Shown here piece after piece: positions 52,204-64,000 of a DNA stretch of 64,000 bases. This stretch comes from Eledone cirrhosa (lineage: Eukaryota): assembly GCA_964016885.1 (NCBI GenBank), contig OZ024757.1, positions 23,932,001-23,996,000 on the forward strand, in the 5' to 3' direction. Every line of letters begins with the position of its first letter. Position 1 is the first letter of the stretch. The notes beneath the pieces were generated by a model that made no database searches, was not told where the DNA came from, and worked only from the letters and a program-made list of their open reading frames with translations. The translations under genes were made by a program, and so were the position numbers.

Positions 52204-52694
52204 ACACTCTATTGCTTATATATATATATATATATATAGATTAACAAGATATCGTTTAAGGTAATCCAAGTAGTATTCTGATGATTTGGTCGGGTATCGA
52301 CTGTAATTAAAATCGAGTGACGTAGCTTCTGGTGATCAGCGATCTTTGGACACACCGGACTAATGAAACAATTGTTAATACTTTGAATAAACCTATTGTA
52401 CAGCCGACCACACTATTCTTCACTCATTTACTATATAATTGTTTCTACTTTTGGCACAAGGCCAGCAATTACCCAGTACATTACTGGTACTTTATTTTAT
52501 CGACCCCATACGGATGAAAGGCAAAGTTAACCTCGACGGGATTTGAACTCAGACCGTAAAGAGACCCATTTACTATATAATGATATGGGGTTCGATTCCT
52601 CACAGTGGCCGCTGACAACGTTTTTTTCCGTCTTTAAAGGCCCTCACCCTATTTTACACACACGCACACAAAGACACACACACACACACACACA

Positions 52695-52766
<72 letters not shown>

Positions 52767-54100
52767 AGGATTTCTACTATAGGCATAATGCCAGCAATTT
52801 TGGGCGGGGGTTAGGGGGCGGGGGTCAATTAAATCGACCCCAGTGCACTACTGTTGCTTTATTTTATCATCGACTCCGTAAGGATGAAAGGCAAAGCTAA
52901 CCTCGGCGAGATTTGAACTCAGATAATAAAGGGGCGTAAATCTATGCTACAAAGCATGGTGTCCAAGTTACTATTGGTTCACCAGTTTGAGCACTCAAAG
53001 CCAATGTGGGTTTCCTTGTCTATGTGGTATTCCATGTTAGGTATTTCACCGTAGTTGATATCCTTAAGAAGCAGAGTGTTAATAATAGAAATTGTTTCTA
53101 CTTTAGGCACAAGGCCAGCAATTTTGGGGGAGGGTAAATTCGATTAAATCGACCCCAGTGCGTGACTGGTACTTTATTTTAACGACCGCGTAAGGATGAA
53201 AGGCAAAACTAACCTCGGCGGGATTCCAACTCAGAACGTAAATGGCCGTAACTCTATGCCACAAATGTTGCCCGATAAACATAATAATGAGCAGGAATTA
53301 AGTATCAATATAGCATCAATATGTTTATTATCACGTGACGCGCGTTTCCCGATCGATCAGCTCAAAGTGCAATCAGTATTGATCGGGCCTGACTCTAGAT
53401 CGCTCAGACCTGTTGGTTCATTAAGGAATCCACAGGTTTTGTCTTGGAAGCCGCTACAATGCTGGGTTGTAAAGGTTAAGGCAACAGAATTTGGTGAGAA
53501 ATGAGAAAAGTGAGGTTGAGCAGCGAAGAGGAATAAATACAAGAATCAGAATTAATATTACGTTGGAAATTACGGCCCTTTATGATCTGAGTTCAAATCC
53601 CGCCAAGGTTAACTTTGCCTTTCATCCTTACGGGATCGATAAAATGAAGTACCAGTCACGCATTGGGGTTGAATTAATCGACTTTTCCCTCCTCCAAAAT
53701 TGCTGGCTTTGTGCCTATATCAATATCAAAAACAATATTACGTTGGAAAACTTTATGAGTCCCATTTCGAATATTTCATCTATTATCAAAAGACTCATCG
53801 GGAATTCCGGAAAATGTCGGAGTAGATCTCTCTATAACTTGATAATAGATGATTTATCCGAAATATATTCGGGCTAAAAATTTTGCAAGGGGATATTATC
53901 TCTGATTCTCCTATTTCTTCCTTTTATCCATTCGATCTCATTCTCATTCGACTCCCGATTTTTTTTTACCTTAATATTTACAAACCACCTTGATTTGTAA
54001 CAGCTTCCAAGGAATACCCATTTCTCATATCCTTCAATATTTCATGTGAATTAAATGTACTAATTCAAACGCATAAAATAGGTGTAACAATAGTCGATGG

Positions 54101-54177
<77 letters not shown>

Positions 54178-54593
54178 GTTCAAGAGTAACCAATCTTAAA
54201 GAGAGAGATGGAGATAGGAGAGGAGAAGAGAGATTGGTGAATTAGAAGCTTTCTTTACCTTAATTTATATTCCTTTTGAAGTTCTGAAGAACTGCTCCAA
54301 TTTTACCTAAGTTAATTATCTTCGACTGAACCAGATCAATAATGACCTATAATCATTTGATCCAGAAACATTAAATGGAGTAGCGAAACAATTGTAAACG
54401 GACATTATTAGTATTATTATTATTATTATTCTTTATGTTATTATTATTATTCTTTATGTTGAGAATCTTTTAATAATGTCTTCCTTGTGAAATTTGTGGT
54501 CTTATTTTGCTTAACTAATGAATATATATATATATATACACACATATGTTATGTGAGTAACTTGTGGTTATGGGACCACCCATGTAAACTCGC

Positions 54594-54678
54594 ATATTTG
54601 AAGAGGTGTCGATTAAGAGTCGGGATCGCCGGATCAAGCCCGAGCTAATATCGATATCGAAACAGTTGTAGTAATAAA
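54594..54678 (+). ncRNA. Hammerhead-like motif with extended stem II (C3U core variant)
   Basis: TTGAAGA GGTGTCGAT..TCGGG..CCCGA..ATCGATATC GAAA CAGTTG TA GTAATAAA. Confidence 0.6.
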
Positions 54679-54721
54679 GTTTCATAACAAGCTACAATGA
54701 CGTCCTATTGTCACCCCTCTC

Positions 54722-54792
<71 letters not shown>

Positions 54793-54895
54793 ATTAAAAT
54801 ACTGGAGCGTGTTTAATACTTTAGTGTATGTACACTCCATATTCTTCGGAGTTTTCGGCTTGTATTGGCCGATAGTACTTCTTGTTGTTTTAATT

Positions 54896-54940
54896 GCCCT
54901 GATGAGTCCTTAATAGGACGAAACATTGTTGGCTAATAAA
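54896..54940 (+). ncRNA. Canonical minimal type-I hammerhead ribozyme motif
   Basis: GCC CTGATGA GTCCT taat AGGAC GAAA C att G TT GGC tAATAAA. All core nucleotides and three stems are present, inside a 190-bp insert between two (TA)n tracts. Confidence 0.88.
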
Positions 54941-54978
54941 GACTTTTGATGTATTGAAGGCTTCTTTGTTTTATTTTC

Positions 54979-55066
<88 letters not shown>

Positions 55067-55908
55067 AGACACGGTGTACATTTTCGTATTTTGTAGACAT
55101 CTTATACGTTTTGTTTAATTTTCAGCGGTAACTCTAATAATGTGCATACGGTAATAATGCGTTATAGTGGATTACATAATAATCTAGATATTAAATAACT
55201 ATACTGAAACACATGTTAGTAAATTTCTTACATCAATAAATAATTCTTCAATCTTCAACAGGTCTTGCCTAATTATTCCTCATATCCTGTCTACCCCCCC
55301 CCCCCACACACACACATTAAATTACAAAAATATTATGAAAAACACCATAATCTAGAAAATTCGTTGTAACTACATATTATTATCGGTGGATTGGCAGTAT
55401 TGGTAGAGGGTCGTGCGCCATGCTTTGAAGCATAGAGTTACATCCCTTTATGATCTGCGTTCAAATTCCGCCGAGGTTAACTTTGCCTTTCATCCTTACG
55501 GGGTCGATAAAATAAAGTACCAGTAATGTACTGGGATAATTGCTGGCCTGGTGCCAAAAGTAGAAACAATTATTTACGTAGTTGGATACGAGTTAAATTG
55601 ATTAAAATAATCAAATGTTAGCGATCCAAGACTGATATGTAATACATACGAGGAAACATGTGGAAGTGTTACGCAATAAACGTTATTCCCACTTAACTGG
55701 ATTGTGGTGTTTTTAATAATATTTTTGTAATTTTCTATCTACACTCCGTAAGTTTTTACACAGTAGTACTACTACAGGATCCACCAATTGGAATAATTTG
55801 TACGTTGAGTAAATCACTAAGCGGTCTTTCATTCTCGTTGAACAATCAAATTAATTGATCACACTAACGGAAATTGAATAATACTATAATTCTATGTATG
55901 TACGTATG

Positions 55909-55939
<31 letters not shown>

Positions 55940-56022
55940 AAAAATTGAACAGGGACAGAACAGAGAGGCAGTACGACAAATGTTTATTAGATTCACGCTC
56001 AGGAGAGTGGGGGGTAGGTGGA

Positions 56023-56049
56023 GGACGACGTTTCGGGCATAAGCCCTTC

Positions 56050-56053
<4 letters not shown>
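56023..56053 (-). ncRNA. Minimal hammerhead motif, truncated at C3 by (TA)n
   Basis: (a)TGAAGA a GGGC ttat GCCC GAAA CG TC; GUC triplet. Confidence 0.68.
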
Positions 56054-56111
<58 letters not shown>

Positions 56112-56336
56112 CAAAGAGATATTTAATTTGTTGGTTATTCAACAAATTTATTTATAACAGATTCAAAGCACTCTACAGCTTTTCTGGTGTATAATATCAA
56201 TGATATTAATAAATGGAAACTATATTTATAAAACCTTATTTATTTTATTATATATATTTTAAAGGTACCAAACTGAACCTGAACCGATAAGGTCTGGTTT
56301 CTTGTGTATGTCTACATTTATAAAACAAATTTTGTA

Positions 56337-56396
56337 TTTTATCTGATGAGGAGAGCGTACCGACATTTTGGTACCCTTGAAATATATATAATAAAA
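56337..56396 (+). ncRNA. Hammerhead motif, TTTTAT/ATAAAA family, in partial fold-back 56200-56442
   Basis: TTTTAT CTGATGA ..GTACCGA/TTGGTAC.. GAAA TATATA TA ATAAAA. Confidence 0.72.
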
Positions 56397-56439
56397 TAAA
56401 TATGGTTTTATAAATATAGTTTCCATTTATTAATATCAT

Positions 56440-56508
<69 letters not shown>

Positions 56509-56623
56509 AAAATGTTCAAGACCCCGGGGTCTTGAACATTTTCCGATTACCCACTATACTACTCTAAGTATTGAGTACTCTGGTGCGTTTTGGTCCAGCT
56601 GGTTCTTTACCACACTTCCTTCG

Positions 56624-56765
<142 letters not shown>

Positions 56766-58108
56766 ACATTGTCTTTTGTTGTGCATAAAACTAATATCAC
56801 CAGTTGATGAACTACTGTTAACTTACTGTTTACTTACCAAAAGTGTGGTTCAACTTAAACGACAGATCACTGACTTGAGACACGTATCAAATAGTTGTAC
56901 TAATTTGTATGTCAGTTAACCACCAGCTCAAGACGTGTATGTATGTATGTATGTATTATACGTATCTGTATGTCTATCACTACTAAGGAATTTCTATTCG
57001 CGTATATATATATACACACATATATATATATACACACTCACATGTTGATATATATGTATGTCTAACCATATATATATACCTTTGTGTGGTGTATCACTTG
57101 CAAAGAATTTACTAATTGATATGTATCTCCACATTATTATTCACCACCGACTCTCCACCTCTCTCTCTCTTACTCTCTGTCTCCCACTCTCTGTCTCCCC
57201 CCTATCTCTCTCTCTTTCACTCTTTCTCTCTGTATCACTCTCTCTCTCTAGTCTTTCTCTCCTTGCTCTCATCGAGCTGACCGCCTTTTCTCTTCGCTTA
57301 TCTCTCTCTCATCCTCCCTCTCTCTCTCTCTCTCCCCCTCCTATCACCTAATTGACCGCTTTTTCTCTTTGTGTCTTTTGTCTTTCACTTCTCTCTCTCT
57401 CTCTCTCTCTCTCTCCCTCTCCCTCTCTCTCTCTTTCCCTCTGCCACTCACGCTCCCCCTCCCTCTCTCTTGTTTTTATAATAAGCATTCAATTCATGGT
57501 CACATACACATTGGCTCACGCAGACCCAACACACACACACATAGACCTACACTTATATACACACACACACACAAACTTTAAGACACGCACACACACAGAC
57601 CTACACTTATACACACACACACTCTCAGACACACACACATATAGACCTACATTTATATACGCACACACACTCTCTCTCACATACACACACATATATATAT
57701 ACAGACCTACACGTATACAAGCACACACACACTTCCACACACATACACATAGAAGCCCTAATACACACATATACAAACACGTAGACCATTACAACACTCA
57801 GGTAGAAACATTACCCCAAACAACAAGCTCTTTCATACACACATCGACAGCTTTCCAAATTCCATCCGCCATTTCCCGCCCCCTGCACCATCCTCCCAAC
57901 CCCCAGTCCCCCTGCTCCATCCCCCACAGTCCCCCTCCCAACCTCCCACCCCCAGTCTCCACCCCGCTCTGTTAATAGTCATGTTGTCCTCTACATATTC
58001 CATGAAAAACACACGTTTACTGGCTACTACTACTACTACTACTGCTACTGCTACTACTGCTACTACTACTACTACTACTACTATTGCTACTACCAGAAAC
58101 CATAACAT

Positions 58109-58154
<46 letters not shown>

Positions 58155-59352
58155 ACGCTCTCAAAACTCAATATATTACAGACATTTTGTAAATACCCCA
58201 TAATCATCCATCTGACATCGTCAGATGCATGAAAGTGCTATATAAATACACACACACATACATACATACATACATACATACATACATACATACATACATA
58301 CATACATACATACATACATACATAATACATATATACATTATACATTTATACATGATGGCTACCCCCTCGTTATCGAGTATGGCCATTGCACGATATACCA
58401 TTATTAATAATTATTAATTAATTCTATCGTGCAATGCCTGTGCATGAAGATATTTTTTAAAGTGGGGAAAGACTGTGCACTGAGCCAATCCCACTCTCTG
58501 AGCGACAGTAGCTATAAACCGAAAAGAAGAAAAGATCATCATCATCGGTAACTACTGAGCCGCAGGTTTTATATCGGAGTTATCCCAGTTATATACATAC
58601 GTATATAACACGTACATACATACATATAAATTACGTATACACACATACATATATACACACATACATACAAACATAGACACATACATATATAATTCATACG
58701 TATATAATACATGCATACACATATACATATATAATACATACATACGTATATAACACATGCATACATATATACATACACACTTATATGCATGTAATCTCAC
58801 TAGTTTTTAAGGCACGATAAAATGAACTTCGTACCCTCTGTAAATTGTTTGGTGATTGGGAGGGCATCCTACCGTAGAAAACTTGCCATGCAAAGCGTAG
58901 AGAGGACTCTTCAGTTGTGTCAAATACATGATGATCTCGCTAGTGCAACATGCCATGATAAAATACACCGAGTACACTCTGTAGACTGCGGCGGGACTGT
59001 ATGTTAACGAGATGCAATCTCAGCCCATCTGAAACATCAGTGGCTCTGTATAGTTACTGACATGGAGTGTGACGACACGTCCAACCTTTGCTAGCTGGCA
59101 AAACGGACGTTAAATGATGAGGATGATGATTATACATGCATATATATATATATATATATAGCCAGCGAACGTTTCCACGAACCAAAGTATCGTCTTCCTG
59201 TCTTCCTCCGGTTGCAACGTTTTTTGAAATATCCAGTTCTGCGTTTACAGATTGACTTTGTTAGTTTCAGAAGATCCTGTTAAGGGTGAAAGCAGCGATT
59301 CTTTGCTTAAACTTTAATCTGTTATTTTAATAAATATATATATATATATATA

Positions 59353-59600
59353 TATTGGTAAACGGAATAGAAAATGCTGACAAATTGTTCACAGTTGAAA
59401 AATGGTTTAATTAGGAATAAAAGAGTATTAGTGATTGTATGGGTTAGTATTCAGTTGTGGTTTTAAGTTTTTAAAACTTAAAAACTTAAAACCACAACTG
59501 AATACTAACCCATACAATCACTAATACTCTTTTATTCCTAATTAAACCATTTTTCAACTGTGAACAATTTGTCAGCATTTTCTATTCCGTTTACCAATAT
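59353..59600. repeat. Near-perfect inverted repeat (about 120-bp arms) in (TA)n
   Basis: TATTGGTAAACGGAATAG...CTATTCCGTTTACCAATA; centre near 59476. Confidence 0.9.
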
Positions 59601-59632
59601 ATAATAACTTGTGTGTTACACCTCTATTCTTT

Positions 59633-59693
<61 letters not shown>

Positions 59694-59721
59694 AATATAA
59701 AAATACACCTACGTACGTTTG

Positions 59722-59760
59722 ACCTTTGAGAAGCCCTTTTCGGGCGAAACGTACGTAGGT
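59722..59760 (+). ncRNA. Hammerhead variant (TTGAGAA-type core)
   Basis: ACC tTTGAGAa GCCC ttttc GGGC GAAA CGTACG TA GGT; palindromic stem III; non-canonical 5' core. Confidence 0.55.
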
Positions 59761-60302
59761 GCATTTTTATATAAACATGTTTTAACGGTATTTTCTCCTT
59801 TGTAATCATTCCACTTGTAACTGCTCTGCTTATATTCTCGCCCGCTAGATATTAACGCTTCTAATATTTAACCCTGTAGGCACAAGTATTGAGCACATAT
59901 GCACAAGCTATTGACAACTAAATATATGTATCGCTTATCCCTTCTCTCTCTCGATACTTAAATATTCTATATATATTTATATGTATATATATATATATAT
60001 ATATCCTGATTAGTTCTTTCGTTGTTTTGGTAATTTATGGTTGGGTTTTGCCTCCCGCAATTTTCAATTTGTCAAGCTATTTAAACCTATGTTATTACTC
60101 TAAGGACATACTTTTATTGAGTGATTTGCTACTCATTCCTTATTGTAGGTCGACTTTGCTTGGCCACAGCCAAAGCTTCGATTTTACTAAGCTTCCACTT
60201 GTATACGACTGAGGTAGAAGCTGCTAAATAGTTGGTCGTCCTCTTGTCTCTGATTTTCAGCCCCATGAATTTTATCTGTTATATTCCTTTGTTATATTTC
60301 GA

Positions 60303-60366
60303 ATACCTGATGATGTCACCGGATTCATACTGAACCCGGTCATTGAAATGATCATAGTATAATAAA
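60303..60366 (+). ncRNA. Hammerhead motif
   Basis: ATAC CTGATGA tgtc ACCGG a TTCA tac TGAA c CCGGT catt GAAA TGATCA TA GTAT AATAAA. Confidence 0.82.
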
Positions 60367-60545
60367 CCTTTGAAGGATTTACACCAGTCCAGCCTCCTGT
60401 TATTTTATAATAATTAACTCCGTACTCGCACCACCAACTACACAAACGAAGACGGGTGATTTGCATTACGTTGAGTGCTCTCCATAATATTACATCGAGG
60501 TTGACCATACGGAATGACCAGTTCTATCCAGTGGTGAACCAACAA

Positions 60546-60604
<59 letters not shown>

Positions 60605-61630
60605 CGGCATGCTAGAAGCACACTACCACAAACAACTTCAAGCTTTCTGAAGACGTGTGGTAAATAATCATGTATTGCTTATTGCATATTGTATATTGTA
60701 GTCATCATATGTAGACTATTCTAATGTCTCTCCTTTTGGCACGAGGCCAGCAGTTACCCCGGTACATTACTGGTACTTTATTTTGTCGACCCCCGTAAGG
60801 ATGAAAGGCAAAGTTAACCTCGGCGTGATTTAAACTCAGAACGTAAAGGGCCATAACTCTATGCTGCAAAGCATGGTGTCTGACGCTTTACCGATACTGC
60901 CAAACCATCGCCCTTGTAGACTCTTATAAGAAATACAGAAACATATGTTAAAGTAATAAATTCTTTCTCTCTTTTCTCGTCGAAGTCAATATGTTTCTTG
61001 GTTCCATACTTGCTTACACACACACACACACACACACATGCATTTACATACCTACCTACATACATACACACACACATGCATTTACATACCTACCTACATA
61101 CACACACACACACATGCATTTACATACCTACCTACATACATACACACACACACATATATATATATATATAACGAAGGAATTGTGGTAAAGAACCAGATGG
61201 ACCATAACGCACCAGAGTACTCAATACTTAGGGTAGTAGTAGGGGCATATATATATACCCCTAACTGACTGGCACCCAATAGTAAGAAGAGACGCTGTAC
61301 GGTTACTTAGTTCAAAACACCCTTATCTTTAAATATTCTTTTCAATTGGGGAACTCTCTAATAGCAAAAACCTTAAAACCGAGTCATAGTTGTAGCACAC
61401 ATATGAAACAAAAAGAAAAGAATGTATTAACAAGCAAACCCAGTAAATAAATGCTAGCTGCACCTGTAGAAATACAAATGCATGTCCACATAATCAGTTG
61501 TGCAACGCTGAGTACGACGCATAAACACCATGTTGGTATGGCTGAAGAGAAATGTAAACAACGATACTTCAACCATATTTTTCCTTCTCTATCTCTCACG
61601 CACATACACAGACCCCCGCCCCTATATATA

Positions 61631-61727
<97 letters not shown>

Positions 61728-62055
61728 CGATGAAATGACAGTTGATAATAACATTGAAATATTGAATGTCTGCATAACTAATGCTTTGTAGATAGCAGCT
61801 GTTTTCAGGTTATGTAACTGTTATAGAAACACGTGTCAATAAATTCCTTTTAACTAAACTGTATCCATTCAAATCTTTCTATATATATATGTAGAAGTTA
61901 TATTTAATTTGTTGGAATTCCGACAAGTATAAATGTTTATAACTGATATAGGGCACTCAACAGTAACTGGAGTAAATATTCGAATATCCAGCGAATTTCT
62001 GACCGTTAAGGTTGTTTTCCATGGGTATGTCGTTATTTATAAAACAAATTTTGTA

Positions 62056-62115
62056 TTTTATCTGATGAAAGCGCTCCAAGATGGCTTGGTCGCCCTTGAA
62101 ATATATATAATAAAA
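62056..62115 (+). ncRNA. Hammerhead motif, TTTTAT/ATAAAA family
   Basis: TTTTAT CTGATGA AAG.GC.CCAAG atgg CTTGG..GC.CTT GAAA TATATA TA ATAAAA. Confidence 0.75.
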
Positions 62116-62473
62116 TAAATATGGTTTTATAAATATAGTTTCTATTTATTAATATTAATATCTTGGTATATATATATACCGTTCCTCTCCGACTAAAAAC
62201 TTTCCCCCTCGGAAAAACCCTCAGTTGATGGAGGCAAAATCCGAAATATAGGGACAATTAAATCTCTTCCAAAGTAACTCTATCTCGTGTTATTATTTTT
62301 ACGCTCTTTCCTACGTTACTCTACACACTATACGTCTCATTCTACACTTCCTCTTACATCTCTCTCTTCACCACCGGATTCTGTTACTCGGAGATTTACC
62401 CATTTGCATTGTTGAGGCTTCCAAAACGATCAAATTTTTTATTATTCCACAATGCTTCAAGCAAACTTCAATA

Positions 62474-62565
<92 letters not shown>

Positions 62566-62735
62566 TATATATAAAATATAATATAAGGACGCTTTGTTTA
62601 GCCTTCATTACATTTATTGATTGGTGACGCGCGTTTCACTATTGATCAGCTCAAGGATCGATCTGACTCGATTCTGGAATCAAACATCGAGTGTTCACCT
62701 GGGTAAACCTACCGTAACTTCACGTTACATTACCT

Positions 62736-62789
<54 letters not shown>

Positions 62790-62837
62790 TTATTAAAATA
62801 ACAGATTAAAGTTTAAGCAAAGAATCGGTGCTTTCAC

Positions 62838-62901
<64 letters not shown>

Positions 62902-63062
62902 TATATACTTAATCATTCTACCCTATTGTTTATCCCACTGTGACCGAATTATTGCTCAAATTGATGCGTCGCTAATGTATACATGCATACAAATACATAT
63001 TTGCACAAACACATACACACATATATATGTATATATATATAGATACATGCATATAAATATAT

Positions 63063-63158
<96 letters not shown>

Positions 63159-63304
63159 AAAAGTTAAACAAGGTTCAATGAATACATCAAAGAATGAGTT
63201 TTACAATAGATTGGAAGCTCTCAACAGAAAAAAAGAGGTTTTCCAGAGTTCTCCTACATGGATATAAAGTAGTGGCCGTACTCGAAAACGAGTTGGCAGC
63301 CACC

Positions 63305-63377
<73 letters not shown>

Positions 63378-63639
63378 GCATGCGTGTGTGTGTGTTAATT
63401 CGTAAATATATTAGTCGCTTAGACGGCAGTGTCATGCCGTCCGTGACCTTTCCAATTATGATATCCAATTGTTACCATGACTACTATCTTCACCACCACT
63501 ACCACCCTCACCAACATCACCACCACTACTACTAACACAATCACCACTTTATATATATCTATATATATGTGTATATAGTTTTTATATAGATAAGATTCTA
63601 CAGGACCAGAACTGTTTCATTCTTGAGAAATCATCAGGA

Positions 63640-63699
<60 letters not shown>

Positions 63700-63899
63700 A
63701 AATATATACATTATATATGAATATATATGTATAAATATATACATTATATTTATTGCCTTTCATCCTTACGGGGTCGATAAAATAAAGTACCAGTAATGCA
63801 CTGGGTAATTGCTGGCCTTGTGCCTAAAGTAGAAACAATTATATTTATATGTATGTCGATACGTATATATGTATATATATATGTATGTATGTATGTATA

Positions 63900-63935
<36 letters not shown>

Positions 63936-64000
63936 TGTATGTATGTATGTATGTATGTATGTATGTATGTATATGTATGTATGTATGTATGTATGTGTAT

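Overview
Eukaryotic, AT- and microsatellite-rich genomic DNA. The SINE and microsatellite content looks like a coleoid cephalopod (probably Octopus; this is inference). One host gene is visible on the minus strand: a protostome-type cytoplasmic intermediate filament protein. Ten coding exons at 27895->4454 have canonical GT-AG sites and compatible phases (439 codons plus stop). They encode a long coil 1B, the [18 protein letters not shown] helix-termination motif and a lamin-tail domain, with no CaaX. Exon 1 was not found, so 27896-64000 is probably intron 1. Almost all ORFs in the supplied track are microsatellite artefacts. The rest of the window is tRNA-derived SINEs, RTE and R4/Dong-type LINE remnants, MITEs, several minisatellites and a U6 snRNA pseudogene fused to a retroposon-like tail. 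The main unexplained signal is more than 20 minimal type-I hammerhead ribozyme motifs (CTGANGA-stem II-GAAA-palindromic stem III-UH-stem I, usually followed by AATAAA). They belong to about ten different short element families, sit in or next to (TA)n tracts, and are often duplicated head-to-head as fold-back hairpins. One is attached to a decayed Penelope-like GIY-YIG C-terminus, which points to Penelope-like retroelement pLTR remnants. All calls were made by eye, with no database searches.
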